A stretch of DNA of 14,086 bases from Bdellovibrionales bacterium (GCA_050250255.1 JBFWOZ010000061.1:1-14086); one strand, 5' to 3'; shown: positions 1 through 10,588, numbered from the stretch's first letter. Made by a program: numbers and translations. The notes: a model not told the origin generated them from the letters alone.

Positions 1-24
1 TGCATGATATTCCCCCCTTGGGGA
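1..24 (-). promoter_or_regulatory. Ribosome-binding site and probable start codon (ATG at 5..3) of the next gene, which runs off the window
   Basis: Minus strand reads TCCCCAAGGGGGGAATATC-ATG-CA: a G-rich SD-like tract just upstream of an ATG, about 55 nt after the carB stop. The product cannot be identified from 5 nt; greA often follows carB but that is not testable here. Confidence 0.45.
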
Positions 25-59
25 TCCACTTTCATTCGATCATGATTTCTAAATAACCG

Positions 60-3000
60 TCAAGGTCCGGCCAGCTCCCGAGCAGACGATCCTGCAACCA
101 AATCGAGACTCAATTTATTTTTTTTTAATGGACTAACATGCAGCTCTCCTCGACGAGAACGCTTCAGCGCTAACACAAATGCATAGGCTGCATCACTTTC
201 GGTGAGGCAAGGTGTGAAATAATCAATACAACTACGACGAATGGCAAAACTATCAAGAATAGATCTTCGGCCAGCTGTTGTGTTGATAACAAGAGCGATT
301 TTACCTGAACGCAAATGATCCACGCAATGAGGGCGGCCTTCATAAACTTTATTGAGCTGCGTACAAGACAATCCATTCTCCGATAAAAATTTAGCCGTTC
401 CACGTGTGGCCGAAAACGTGTAACCCATCTCTTTTAAATCAAGAATAATAGGTAAAAGAGTTTGTTTGTCTTTGTCTCGTAGCGAGAGAAAAACTTCTCC
501 ACTCTTTGGGAGCTTTTGATGACAAGAGATGAACGCTTTCATAAGGGCTTCAGAATAATCATTTCCTCGCCCCATGCCTTCACCCGTAGATTTCATTTCT
601 GGGCCAAGAATAGAATCTGCATCCGAAAACTTCTTGAATGGAAAAACCACCCCTTTTACACAAATTTGATCTGTCTCTTTCCAATCAAAATGCTCTTTCA
701 CCGGAAGACCTAACATGGCCCAGACACCGAGTTGGGCCACGGGAATTCCCGTAGCTTTTGCAATGAAAGGTACGGAGCGGCTGCTGCGTGGATTAGCTTC
801 TAAAACGTAAATTTCGTCTTTTTTAATCGCGAGTTGTAAATTCAAGTGCCCAATCACATGAAGTTCATTTGCTAATTGGCAACTCAGTTCTTCAATGCGT
901 GAACATGTCTCTGGTTTCAAACGTTGAGGTGGTAGAACGCCCATACTATCGCCGCTATGTACACCAGCTGCTTCAATGTGTTCTACAAGACCTGCAATCA
1001 CAATCCAATCAGAGCCACGAATGAGATCGACATCCACTTCAAGAGCATTTTCTAAAAATTGGTCAATGAGGAGCTGGTTCTTTTCATCGATCACGCTGCT
1101 ATGGCGAATGAAATAATCTTCTAATTCGGCTTCACTCTCGATCACCTCCATACGACGACCACCCAAAACATAGTTTGGTCGACAAATGACAGGATAACCA
1201 ATGTCCTGGGCGATCGGAAGAGCTTGAGCAATCGTGCCCGCCATTCCGGCCTTAGGAATCTTGAGGCCTAACTTACGGCAGAGTTCACTGAATCGGCCAC
1301 GATCCTCTGCGAGATCGATGGATTCAAGATCAGAACCGAGAAGCAAAAACCCATCTTGCACAAGAGGCGAAGCTAAGTTGATAGAAGTTTGTCCACCCAA
1401 TTGAGCGACAAAACCTTTCGGGTTTAAAAAGTTCAGAACTTCTCGAACATGTTCATGAGTTAAAGGTTCAAAAAAGAGCTCGTCCGCGGTGTCGTAATCT
1501 GTAGACACCGTCTCCGGATTCGAATTGATCATCGCGACTTTATAAGAAGCTTCTTGAAAAGCTTTTACCCCGCGCACGCAAGAGTAATCAAATTCAATTC
1601 CTTGGCCGATTCGATTTGGACCGCTACCAATAACGGCGACCATCTGGGGATTCACCCGAAGAGGATCTGGAGCCGACCAATAGCTAGAATAAAAATAAGG
1701 TGTGTGGGCTGAAAACTCCGCTGCACAGGTATCCACTTGAAGAAAGCTGGGCCGAATGTTCCATTTTTTTCTCAGTTCATAGATGTCGTAAGCCTTTACG
1801 TTCACCCAACGAGCAATGTTTTGATCGGAAAAACCAAAACGTTTTAAACGAAGAAGTTTATCCGCCGTAATTTGAGGTGCGGTTGTAATGGATTGCTCTT
1901 CATCGATGATTTCTTTGATCTGCGCGAGAAACCATTCATTGATTCGTGTAATTTGCGCGAGCTTCTCGACGCTATACCCCTCACGGAAAGCTTGAGCTAC
2001 ATGAAAAATACGTTCACTGTTTGCATCAGAAAGCTTTTGTTCTTCAAGGACTAAAGGTGCGAAACCTTCGACCTTCCTCTCTAAAGAGAGAATTGCTTTT
2101 TGAAGAGATTCTTTGAACGTACGGCCAATAGCCATGACTTCACCAACGCTCTTCATCTGCGTCGTCAACAAGTCTTTCGTGCCAGGAAATTTTTCGAAAG
2201 CAAATCGTGGGACTTTTGTGACGATATAATCTAACGCGGGCTCGTAAGAGCAAGGGGTCGTACGCGTGATATCATTTTGAATTTCATCAAGCTCGTAACC
2301 AATCGCAAGGAGGGCTGCAATTTTCGCGATCGGAAATCCCGTCGCCTTGCTAGCAAGAGCCGATGAGCGACTCACGCGAGGATTCATTTCGATCACAACA
2401 CGTTCACCAGTCGTAGGGTGAGTCGCAAATTGAATATTCGCTCCACCCACTTCAAGACCAACGGCTTCGATTACTTTCTTCGCTTCGTCGCGCATCGCTT
2501 GATATTCAACATCCGAAAGCGTTTGCTGAGGGGCGACCGTAATGCTGTCACCGGTATGTACTCCGCAGGGATCTAAATTTTCAATAGAGCAGACAACAAC
2601 GAAGGTTCCTGCTTTATCGCGCATCACTTCAAGTTCGAACTCTTTCCAACCCAAAATACTTTGTTCTACCAACACTTCAGAGGTGGGACTCTCAATGAGG
2701 GCAGCTTGGATCATTGTTTGGTATTCTTCAAGGGAGTATGCGATTCCGCCTCCACCCCCACCCAATGTGTAATTAGGACGAAGAATGAGCGGAAAGCCTA
2801 GCTCTTGCGAAGCCGTTAAAGCCTGGCTCAAGTTTTTAACCATGCGGCTAGCTGGCGCGCGGGCTCCAACCGTATCTAAAATTTTTCTAAACTCTTCGCG
2901 ATCTTCGGCGGCTCGAATCACAGTTGGTGTGGCCCCGATCATATTGACGTTATGTTTTTTTAAAATTCCTGCATCGTAAAGATCTAAGGCCGCATTCAAT

Positions 3001-3284
3001 GCCGTTTGTCCACCCAGAGTGGGAATTAAACTATCAGGCTTTTCTGTTTCAATGATTTTTTCTAAATACGCTCGTGTAAGAGGTTCAACGTAAGTTTTGG
3101 TGGCGATATCGGGATCCGTCATGATTGTTGCGGGATTCGAGTTAACAAGAATAACTTCAAGCCCCTCTTTCATAAGAGCTTTGCAAGCTTGAGTCCCCGA
3201 ATAGTCAAATTCACACGCCTGGCCGATTACGATAGGACCACTACCTATCACCATGACCTTTTTAATTTCCGACTTACGCGGCAT
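60..3284 (-). CDS. carB: Carbamoyl-phosphate synthase large subunit
   Basis: 1074 aa. N-terminal MPRK...[17 protein letters not shown], two ATP-grasp halves ([17 protein letters not shown] and [16 protein letters not shown]), second-half [16 protein letters not shown]-terminal MGS-like domain (ATRGTA, VINT). AGGA SD upstream. Confidence 0.99.
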   Translation of the reverse strand: MPRKSEIKKVMVIGSGPIVIGQACEFDYSGTQACKALMKEGLEVILVNSNPATIMTDPDIATKTYVEPLTRAYLEKIIETEKPDSLIPTLGGQTALNAALDLYDAGILKKHNVNMIGATPTVIRAAEDREEFRKILDTVGARAPASRMVKNLSQALTASQELGFPLILRPNYTLGGGGGGIAYSLEEYQTMIQAALIESPTSEVLVEQSILGWKEFELEVMRDKAGTFVVVCSIENLDPCGVHTGDSITVAPQQTLSDVEYQAMRDEAKKVIEAVGLEVGGANIQFATHPTTGERVVIEMNPRVSRSSALASKATGFPIAKIAALLAIGYELDEIQNDITRTTPCSYEPALDYIVTKVPRFAFEKFPGTKDLLTTQMKSVGEVMAIGRTFKESLQKAILSLERKVEGFAPLVLEEQKLSDANSERIFHVAQAFREGYSVEKLAQITRINEWFLAQIKEIIDEEQSITTAPQITADKLLRLKRFGFSDQNIARWVNVKAYDIYELRKKWNIRPSFLQVDTCAAEFSAHTPYFYSSYWSAPDPLRVNPQMVAVIGSGPNRIGQGIEFDYSCVRGVKAFQEASYKVAMINSNPETVSTDYDTADELFFEPLTHEHVREVLNFLNPKGFVAQLGGQTSINLASPLVQDGFLLLGSDLESIDLAEDRGRFSELCRKLGLKIPKAGMAGTIAQALPIAQDIGYPVICRPNYVLGGRRMEVIESEAELEDYFIRHSSVIDEKNQLLIDQFLENALEVDVDLIRGSDWIVIAGLVEHIEAAGVHSGDSMGVLPPQRLKPETCSRIEELSCQLANELHVIGHLNLQLAIKKDEIYVLEANPRSSRSVPFIAKATGIPVAQLGVWAMLGLPVKEHFDWKETDQICVKGVVFPFKKFSDADSILGPEMKSTGEGMGRGNDYSEALMKAFISCHQKLPKSGEVFLSLRDKDKQTLLPIILDLKEMGYTFSATRGTAKFLSENGLSCTQLNKVYEGRPHCVDHLRSGKIALVINTTAGRRSILDSFAIRRSCIDYFTPCLTESDAAYAFVLALKRSRRGELHVSPLKKNKLSLDLVAGSSARELAGP

Positions 3285-3297
3285 CTTTAATCCTACC

Positions 3298-3939
3298 TTA
3301 AATTCTCAATTTCACATCATTGGTATAAATGTATTCCAAGCGAATATGTTTGTACTGCTCAAACTTGTATCTCATTTTTAAAAGACGAAACATCAGGGCT
3401 TCTTTTTGAGCCATATCTAAATGCTTCACCTTTTTAATTTCTTTAAGAATAAAGGACTTGGCTTCTGCCGGGTGGAAACAAAACCCTTTCGCGAACATAT
3501 GCGTGTTGTTATAGGGAATCACGCGCGTTTCAAAAATCTCATCGGAATTGAAACCACTTGTGACATGAGAGTCACGAAGTTCGATTTTCTTACCTGTAAA
3601 CAGATCGCGGATATAGACGTCGCCACCACGAACTTTAATAAATTCGAAAAGGCTATGCTGGCATTTACCAAAACTTTCAAACAGAGCATGATCGCTCTCT
3701 TCGAAGCCAATGAGATTGTTCTCAATTGCGTATTGTACTGGGGGCAAGTGAGTTTTTGATAGCTCTCTTGTAAAAAGATACCAATCAAGAAATTGCGACA
3801 TTCTCATTTCGTAATAGGCAGACTCATCACCCACTAAACCTGCATCTTCAAAAAAATCTTTTTTTGCTTGAATCACTTCTTCACGATACGCGGCACCTGT
3901 GAAGTAATTGAGAAGTTTTTCGATCAATCTATCCATCAT
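3298..3939 (-). CDS. Hypothetical protein, 213 aa, between carA and carB
   Basis: Long ORF that fills the gap exactly. ATGA overlap with the carA stop (3936..3939); ends 13 nt before the carB start. Globular-looking composition, no obvious TM segment or signal peptide. Confidence 0.9.
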   Translation of the reverse strand: MMDRLIEKLLNYFTGAAYREEVIQAKKDFFEDAGLVGDESAYYEMRMSQFLDWYLFTRELSKTHLPPVQYAIENNLIGFEESDHALFESFGKCQHSLFEFIKVRGGDVYIRDLFTGKKIELRDSHVTSGFNSDEIFETRVIPYNNTHMFAKGFCFHPAEAKSFILKEIKKVKHLDMAQKEALMFRLLKMRYKFEQYKHIRLEYIYTNDVKLRI

Positions 3940-5012
3940 ATAAGTTTATCCATAAACAATTTGAAAAGGGTTTTCGCCTCATGAGGGCCAGGGTTACTCT
4001 CTGGATGAAACTGCACGCTCCAACACTTCTTAGGTGCACATTCAAAACCTTCAACGGTCTTATCGTATAAATTCACATGAGTGACACGAGACTGCGACGG
4101 TAGAGTGGTTGGATCAACAGCGTAACCGTGATTTTGACTGGTCACATACACCTGATTAAGAAGGGCATCTTTGACGGGCTGATTGCCACCATGATGACCG
4201 AACTTCATCTTGTAAGTTTTTGCTCCTAAAGCGAGCGCTAATACTTGATGACCCATGCAGATTCCAAACATCGGCTTCCAACCAATGAGTTTTTGAACTG
4301 ACTCAATTCCATTTACACAAAAGCTTGGATCTCCAGGGCCGTTAGATAAAAGAATTCCATCCGCATCCCATTCACGAATGAGAGGATCTGCACCTTGAGC
4401 CGGAACCAAAAGAATTTCTGAGCAGTCTTTTTGAAGCTCTTGGAGAATATTTTTTTTCGTCCCAAAATCCATCACGGCGACTCGCGGTCCTTGAACGTTG
4501 TGACCTTTTAGAACTTGAGATTTTTTTGTTCCAACAATTTCAGTCCAATCGAGACCAATGAGCTGGCGCGATTGAAATAGTTTTTGAGCTTGGACCTTCG
4601 CATCTTCCTCGGATTCAGCGGCAACGATAGCACCCCAAGGAGTGCCACCTTCTCTTAAACGAATTGTCAGCTTGCGAGTGTCTGCTCCCGATAAGATGGG
4701 GACTTTATTAGTTAAAAGCTGGTTCATCCATTGAGAGCCGGCTTTATTGTTTTGAATTTCGGTGCAAACGAATCCTTCAATCCAAATTTTTTCGGATTCG
4801 CTTTCTCCCTCGCGGAAGCCATAATTACCTTGCATGGGTGCGGTCATCACCATGATTTGAGAAAAATAAGAAGGGTCGCTGGCAATCTCTTGGTAACCTG
4901 CATGAGACGTATTGAATACGACTTCACCGATTCGGGGAGAAAGTGGCGCCGAAGATATCCAATCACCACCGAAACATTCTCCTGATTCCAAAACAAGATA
5001 GCCTTTTGTCAT
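3936..5012 (-). CDS. carA: Carbamoyl-phosphate synthase small (glutaminase) subunit
   Basis: 358 aa. GEVVFNT..GYQE, LSNGPGDP, catalytic GICMGHQ, SQNHGYAV, QFHPE..PGP (class I glutamine amidotransferase Cys-His-Glu). AAGGA SD. Confidence 0.99.
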   Translation of the reverse strand: MTKGYLVLESGECFGGDWISSAPLSPRIGEVVFNTSHAGYQEIASDPSYFSQIMVMTAPMQGNYGFREGESESEKIWIEGFVCTEIQNNKAGSQWMNQLLTNKVPILSGADTRKLTIRLREGGTPWGAIVAAESEEDAKVQAQKLFQSRQLIGLDWTEIVGTKKSQVLKGHNVQGPRVAVMDFGTKKNILQELQKDCSEILLVPAQGADPLIREWDADGILLSNGPGDPSFCVNGIESVQKLIGWKPMFGICMGHQVLALALGAKTYKMKFGHHGGNQPVKDALLNQVYVTSQNHGYAVDPTTLPSQSRVTHVNLYDKTVEGFECAPKKCWSVQFHPESNPGPHEAKTLFKLFMDKLI

Positions 5013-5031
5013 TCTCTATTCCTTACAGACT

Positions 5032-6315
5032 TTACGTCCGCTCAAAAACTTTCACTCCACCGACGTAAGTTGACTGCACTTGTCCTTTCACCTTCCAGCC
5101 CATAAATGGGCTGTTGCGACTTTTCGAGAAGAGAGTGTCTTGGTTAATGGTGTATTCCTTATTCAAATCTACAATCGCAAAGTCGGCAAGCATCCCTTTT
5201 TTAAGTCCACCACGATCAAGAAAACCCATGATTTTTGCGGGGCCACTCGTCAAAGAAGTGATGAGCCGCGCAAAAGAAAGCTCTTTCTTTTCTACGAGAG
5301 TCATACAGGTTGCAAAAGCCGTTTCAAGACCAATGACGCCATTCGGGGCTTTCGCAAATTCTGCGGCCTTTTCTTGCACGCTGTGAGGCGCATGATCCGT
5401 AGCGATGGCTTCAATAACACCCTTTTCTAAAGCTTCGACTAAGGTTTTTCGGTCTTCTTCGGTCCTCAAGGGAGGAGCCATTTTAAAATTTGTATCGAGC
5501 GTTTCAAGGCACTCTTCATTGAGCAAAAGATGATGAGGAGTGACTTCACCGCTGACGCGCAATCCTTCTATCTTTGCCGCATTTAATGCTTTCACAGAAT
5601 GTCGACTCGACAAATGAGCGAGATGAAGTTTTCCACCCGTTGTTCGCGCAAGAGCCACATCTCGAGTGACAATAACGTCTTCTGCCGCGTGCGGGACTCC
5701 CGTTAAACCATTGCGATAACTAATACGTCCTTCATTCATAGAACCATGGGCCGATAACTGACAATCTTCACAATGCTCCACAAAGGGCACATCAAAATCT
5801 TTTAAGTATTCTAAAACTTTACGTGCGAGAAAAGAATCCATCACGCAGCGACCATCATCACTCACAGCCACGCAACCCGCATTGATCATAGCCCCGTATT
5901 CCACCATTTCTTGACCATTTAAACCTTTGGATGCTGCAGAAATTGGATGCACCCGTATGACAGATTCTAAAGCGGCCTTATCTAAAATATATTTTGTTAC
6001 GAGAACAGAATCATTAACTGGCGAAGTGTTGGGCATCGCACACACCGAGGTGAATCCACCACTGGCTGCAGCACGACTTCCAGTTGCAATTGTCTCTTTA
6101 TGCTCATCACCTGGCTCACGCAAATGCACATGTATATCAATAAATCCTGGAAATAGGTGGAGGCCTTTTAAGTCTATTTCTTGATCCGCTTTCGCTGTCG
6201 AATGGGTCTCTTCGATCTTTCCGTCTTTTACTAAAATAGAGCCCAGTCCGTCGATCTTATTTAGCGGATCATAAAGATGAGCATTTTTAAAAAGCGTCGT
6301 AACATTTTTATTCAA
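5032..6315 (-). CDS. pyrC: Dihydroorotase (long, multifunctional-complex type), metal ligands intact
   Basis: 427 aa. PGFIDIHVHLREPG, GGFT..AMPNT, EHCE, HLAHLS, EVTPHHL, KMAPPLR, ATDHAPH. ATGA overlap with the pyrB stop. Confidence 0.97.
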   Translation of the reverse strand: MNKNVTTLFKNAHLYDPLNKIDGLGSILVKDGKIEETHSTAKADQEIDLKGLHLFPGFIDIHVHLREPGDEHKETIATGSRAAASGGFTSVCAMPNTSPVNDSVLVTKYILDKAALESVIRVHPISAASKGLNGQEMVEYGAMINAGCVAVSDDGRCVMDSFLARKVLEYLKDFDVPFVEHCEDCQLSAHGSMNEGRISYRNGLTGVPHAAEDVIVTRDVALARTTGGKLHLAHLSSRHSVKALNAAKIEGLRVSGEVTPHHLLLNEECLETLDTNFKMAPPLRTEEDRKTLVEALEKGVIEAIATDHAPHSVQEKAAEFAKAPNGVIGLETAFATCMTLVEKKELSFARLITSLTSGPAKIMGFLDRGGLKKGMLADFAIVDLNKEYTINQDTLFSKSRNSPFMGWKVKGQVQSTYVGGVKVFERT

Positions 6316-7211
6316 AAATCGACTCCTAAAATTTCTGAAAGAAGAGCTCCTCGCATAAAGACCCCGTTCTCTACTTGTTTCAAGATACGCGTGCGCGGAT
6401 CTTTTAACACATCCACGGCCAATTCTACTTCACGGTTGAACGGACCAGGATGTAAAAGAATACCATCGCTGCGAAAATTTTTAAGTCGCTCAGGCGTTAT
6501 GGAAAATCGTTTGGAATACTCTTTCAGCGAAGGTACTTCGAAACCCTTTTGTCTCTCAATTTGCATTCTTAACATCACGCAGACACTGGCCCACTCAAGG
6601 CCTTCGGTCACACTCTTAAAAGATTTTAACTCGTCATGCTCAGAAGTACGAAGCGTTGAGGGAGCGCAAATCGCTACTTCAGCACCCATCTTTTGAAAAA
6701 GTGCGATATCGGATCTTGCCACTCGACTGTATTTTACATCTCCGACAAAAAGAACTTTTTCACCCGCAAGCTGTCCTCGCTCTTGCTCAATCGTGTAGGC
6801 ATCAAGAAGAGCTTGAGTCGGATGTCCACGTTGACCATCCCCTGCATTAATCACCGGAATTTTTATTAGCTGAGAGATTTTAAGAGACATCCCAGGACTA
6901 GAATGACGTAACACCAGAGCAGATGCCCCTAAAGCCTCTAGTGTGAGGGCCGTGTCTTCGATCGTCTCTCCTTTGACCATGCTACTTTGGCTGGGGTCAA
7001 AAAAAAGGGGCTTTACGCCCAACCGAAATGCTGCCATTTCAAAACTGGCCCGCGTCCGCGTGCTCGGTTCAAAGAACAATAGGCCTAATACTTTTGAACC
7101 AAGTGGTAAAGGCGAAGTCTTTTTTAGCTTGGTGGCTTTTTGAAAAAGAACTTGAATCGTTTTAAGACTTAGAGCTTCAACATCTAGAAAGGATTGCCCC
7201 GAAAGAGCCAT
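6312..7211 (-). CDS. pyrB: Aspartate carbamoyltransferase catalytic subunit
   Basis: 299 aa. FFEPSTRTRASFE carbamoyl-phosphate motif, KGET, INAGDG..HPTQALLD, GD..SRVARS, LRMQIER, HPGP. Confidence 0.98.
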   Translation of the reverse strand: MALSGQSFLDVEALSLKTIQVLFQKATKLKKTSPLPLGSKVLGLLFFEPSTRTRASFEMAAFRLGVKPLFFDPSQSSMVKGETIEDTALTLEALGASALVLRHSSPGMSLKISQLIKIPVINAGDGQRGHPTQALLDAYTIEQERGQLAGEKVLFVGDVKYSRVARSDIALFQKMGAEVAICAPSTLRTSEHDELKSFKSVTEGLEWASVCVMLRMQIERQKGFEVPSLKEYSKRFSITPERLKNFRSDGILLHPGPFNREVELAVDVLKDPRTRILKQVENGVFMRGALLSEILGVDF

Positions 7212-7217
7212 GGTCTC

Positions 7218-7246
7218 ACACTAAGGGGGGCTCAGAGTTCTGTCAA
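7218..7246 (-). promoter_or_regulatory. Sigma-70-type promoter for pyrB-pyrC-carA-hyp-carB (probably leaderless)
   Basis: Minus strand TTGACA (7246..7241), 17-nt spacer, TAGTGT (7223..7218), 6 nt, then the pyrB ATG (7211). Confidence 0.7.
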
Positions 7247-7273
7247 TAAAGCAGATAGAAGTTTTATGCAGAT

Positions 7274-7972
7274 CTATTGAATTCCGGCGAGAATGCGATC
7301 CCAGCGAATACGCGGCAAACCACCCACTGGCTCTTGCCAATTTAAAGAGAGCCAAATCGTAAATACGCGACCATCGATATTTTCCATAGGGACCATGCCC
7401 CAATATCTTGAATCATCACTTGAGTCACGATTGTCACCTAAGACAAAGAAATGCCCCGCTGGCACCACTTGGGGGCCATAATTTTGAGAAGCGGCAGCAG
7501 AAGAAAATAAAATTGTTCTAGAAGAACCATCGATACTTTCGTTCATGACCGAATAGACCGTAGTTTCTTTTTCTAAAAACTCTGGTGACACAGCTTCCGT
7601 GTATTCCGCAGGCTTATCATTGATAAAAAGCCGTTTGCGCTTAATTTCAATTTTATCCCCTTGAACGGCGACCACTCTTTTTACGTAAGAAAGCTGAGGG
7701 TCACTCGGGTAACGAAACACAACGACTTCACCCCGGGCAGGCTTTCCCGAAATAAAAACCTTGGATTCCATAAACGGGAGACGAACACCGTAAGGAAGTT
7801 TAAAGGCAAAAACAAAATCCCCAACTTGAAGAGTGGGCCACATAGAAGTTGTCGGAATGCGATAGGCCGAAACGACAAAAAAACGAATCAAAAGAGCGAT
7901 CGCGATGGCAATGAAGAGGCTTTCTAAATATTCGCGAAGCATTGCATTGGCGCGGCTTTTGACGTCCTTCAT
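7274..7972 (-). CDS. lepB: Signal peptidase I, second paralog
   Basis: 232 aa. One N-terminal TM (LFIAIAIALLIRFFVV), IPTTSMWPTL (catalytic Ser), YVKRVVA (catalytic Lys), GDNRDSSDDSRYWG. Start codon uncertain (M1 versus M11; no clear SD). Confidence 0.93.
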   Translation of the reverse strand: MKDVKSRANAMLREYLESLFIAIAIALLIRFFVVSAYRIPTTSMWPTLQVGDFVFAFKLPYGVRLPFMESKVFISGKPARGEVVVFRYPSDPQLSYVKRVVAVQGDKIEIKRKRLFINDKPAEYTEAVSPEFLEKETTVYSVMNESIDGSSRTILFSSAAASQNYGPQVVPAGHFFVLGDNRDSSDDSRYWGMVPMENIDGRVFTIWLSLNWQEPVGGLPRIRWDRILAGIQ

Positions 7973-7990
7973 GACTTATTTTCATAAGTC
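7973..7990. repeat. Perfect 7-bp inverted repeat (GACTTAT-4 nt-ATAAGTC) abutting the second lepB start codon
   Basis: Directly visible. The loop reads GAAA (GNRA tetraloop) on the transcribed minus strand. Confidence 0.6.
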
Positions 7991-8033
7991 GCGCGTCAAA
8001 ATACAAGAAGTCCCATTTTTGTATCGCTAGGCG

Positions 8034-8789
8034 TTAGTGAATGCCGTGGAAAAAGCGTTTCCAACGAATAGTCGTTGGGTCACAGAGAAATTGAACCACT
8101 GGTAAAGTTTCTTCGCAACTGAGCCAAACGAACATGGCTCGCCCAAGAATGTTTTCCATCGGTACAAATCCCCAGATACGACTATCGTTAGAATTATCAC
8201 GATTATCACCCATGACGAAAAGGTGACCTTGCGGAACTTCTAGAGGCCCCGCTGAAAGATGAGCATCTTTCTTCCAAAGAAGTGTACTGTGAGGATGTGC
8301 TCCTAATTTTTCGATAAAGTGCGAGTAATTTTCTTTTCCGCCGCCTAATTCGAAATCGCGCACGAGATCCATGGCCGCTTCGGTCTCAGGAACGATTTTT
8401 TCAATCTTTTCACCGTTAATGAAAAGCTCGCCCTGATCGTACTGAATTTTATCGCCAGCGATACCTACGACACGCTTAATGAAAAAGATGCTTTCGTCTT
8501 CAGGGTAACGGAACACGATCACTTCACCCCGCTGAGGCTCTGCAAAACGTGTGATCCAAGATTTTGCAAAAGGGACACGTACGCCATAAACCATTTTGTT
8601 TACGAAAATATGGTCATGAATAAGAAGGGTTGGAAGCATACTCCCCGATGGAATCACATATGCTTCAATGAAAGCCCACCGAATTGCGAGGGCCACACCG
8701 ACGGCTAAAAGCAATGAACCAATTCCTTCAGACCATTTGCCTTTTTTATTGTCGACTTTGTTTTGAGCTTTGTTGTTGTTTGAATCCAT
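8034..8789 (-). CDS. lepB: Signal peptidase I
   Basis: 251 aa. TM segment, IPSGSMLPTL, FIKRVVG, GDNRDNSNDSRIWG. TAATG stop/start coupling to lepA, matching the canonical lepA-lepB arrangement. Confidence 0.97.
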   Translation of the reverse strand: MDSNNNKAQNKVDNKKGKWSEGIGSLLLAVGVALAIRWAFIEAYVIPSGSMLPTLLIHDHIFVNKMVYGVRVPFAKSWITRFAEPQRGEVIVFRYPEDESIFFIKRVVGIAGDKIQYDQGELFINGEKIEKIVPETEAAMDLVRDFELGGGKENYSHFIEKLGAHPHSTLLWKKDAHLSAGPLEVPQGHLFVMGDNRDNSNDSRIWGFVPMENILGRAMFVWLSCEETLPVVQFLCDPTTIRWKRFFHGIH

Positions 8790-10588
8790 TAGTCTTCCAC
8801 CTTTAATATGGCAAGAAACGCTTCTTGAGGAACATCTACCGTTCCGATTTGCTTCATGCGTTTTTTACCTTCTTTTTGGCGCTCCAAAAGCTTTCTCTTA
8901 CGGCTAATATCACCACCATAGCACTTCGCTGTCACATCTTTTCTCATAGCGCCTATGGTCTCTCGAGCAATAATCTTAGCGCCTATGGCCGCTTGGAGAG
9001 CGACTTGAAACTGCTGTTTAGGAATCGCGTCCTTTAGTTTTTTCGTGAGTTCACGACCACGATGGTAGGATTTAGAGCTATGGACCATCAAAGAAAGAGC
9101 GTCCACATTATCTCCGTTAATGAGAATATCGAGTTTCACCATGTCAGATTCACGGAAATCCAAAAGTTCATAATCGAGAGAGGCATAACCCTTAGAAATG
9201 CTTTTTAATTTATCATAAAAATCCATCACCATTTCATTGAGTGGAAGGGCATATTCAATGATCACTTTTTTATCGGTGATGAATTCCATTTTGATCTGTT
9301 GGCCACGCTTTTCTTCACACAGTTTTAAGATGCCGCCGATGAAATCACTAGGTGTATGCACTGTGGCTTTAATATATGGCTCTTCAATTTTTGCAATTTT
9401 TGAAACTGGCGGAAGATTTGCGGGGTTTTCTAAGCGCATCGTCGTGCCGTCTGTAAGGTGAACGATGTACACCACACTCGGAGCGGTCGTAATAAGATTC
9501 AAATTGAACTCACGCTCCAAGCGCTCCTGCACGATATCCATATGCAAGAGACCCAAGTAACCACAGCGAAATCCAAACCCTAAAGCCGCAGAAGTTTCTG
9601 GCTCAAACGCAAGGCTAGAATCGTTTAAACAAAGTTTCTCGAGTGACTCTTTGAGGTTTTCGTAATCAGTCGCATCGATCGGATAAATCCCTGAAAAAAC
9701 CATAGGCTTGATCTGACGAAAACCCGCAAGTGGCTCCGTTGTGGGGTGGAGGCTCGATGTGATGGTGTCTCCCACCTTCACATCTCGAATGTTTTTAATC
9801 CCACAGATAAAAAAGCCCACTTCACCGGCATCAAGACTATCGAGATTTTGTGCAAACGGCGCAAACACTCCGAGTTTCAATACTTCAAATTCGCTTCCGT
9901 TGGACATAAATTTAATTTTATCACCTTTTTTGATCGAGCCATCAAAAAGCCGGCAGAGAACAATCACACCTTGATAGACGTCAAACCACGCATCAAAAAC
10001 AAGAGCTCTTAATGGAAGTGTACGATCCGCTTTCGGCGGTGAGATTTTTTTGGTAATCGCCTCAAGAATTTCTTTAATCCCGATTCCATCTTTAGCGCTC
10101 GCGGGAATCGCTTCGGAGGCGTCAATACCAATAGCATCCTCGATCTGCTTCTTCACCCCCTCAGGATCGGCAGAAGGAAGATCAATTTTATTTAAGACCG
10201 GCACAATTTCGAGATTATTTTCAATTGCCAAATAGACGTTGGCAAGAGTTTGGGCTTCTACTCCTTGAGCCGCATCTACGACGAGGATGGCTCCTTCACA
10301 GGCAGCAAGAGAACGAGACACTTCGTAAGAAAAATCCACGTGTCCCGGAGTGTCGATCAAATTTATTTGGTAAGTATGGCCGTCATCGGCCTTGTAGATC
10401 AGGCGAGCGGTTTGGGCTTTGATCGTAATTCCACGTTCTCGCTCAAGCTCCATGTTGTCGAGGAATTGATCTTTCGACTCACGATCCGAAAGCGTACCCG
10501 TGAATCCCAAAAGACGATCAGCTAATGTGGACTTTCCATGATCGATATGAGCGATGATGGAAAAATTCCGAATGTATTTGGGATCCAT
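8789..10588 (-). CDS. lepA: Elongation factor 4 (LepA), translational GTPase
   Basis: 599 aa. [56 protein letters not shown]-terminal [20 protein letters not shown]. Confidence 0.99.
   Translation of the reverse strand: MDPKYIRNFSIIAHIDHGKSTLADRLLGFTGTLSDRESKDQFLDNMELERERGITIKAQTARLIYKADDGHTYQINLIDTPGHVDFSYEVSRSLAACEGAILVVDAAQGVEAQTLANVYLAIENNLEIVPVLNKIDLPSADPEGVKKQIEDAIGIDASEAIPASAKDGIGIKEILEAITKKISPPKADRTLPLRALVFDAWFDVYQGVIVLCRLFDGSIKKGDKIKFMSNGSEFEVLKLGVFAPFAQNLDSLDAGEVGFFICGIKNIRDVKVGDTITSSLHPTTEPLAGFRQIKPMVFSGIYPIDATDYENLKESLEKLCLNDSSLAFEPETSAALGFGFRCGYLGLLHMDIVQERLEREFNLNLITTAPSVVYIVHLTDGTTMRLENPANLPPVSKIAKIEEPYIKATVHTPSDFIGGILKLCEEKRGQQIKMEFITDKKVIIEYALPLNEMVMDFYDKLKSISKGYASLDYELLDFRESDMVKLDILINGDNVDALSLMVHSSKSYHRGRELTKKLKDAIPKQQFQVALQAAIGAKIIARETIGAMRKDVTAKCYGGDISRKRKLLERQKEGKKRMKQIGTVDVPQEAFLAILKVED

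Noticed and set aside
30..63. TTGACG overlapping the carB stop as a promoter for the next gene
   Set aside because: No TAnnnT hexamer at 16-18 nt spacing.
5032..6315. Inactive PyrC' (structural partner of ATCase, as in Pseudomonas)
   Set aside because: The HxH motif, later His ligands and catalytic Asp (TDHAPH) are all retained, consistent with an active enzyme.
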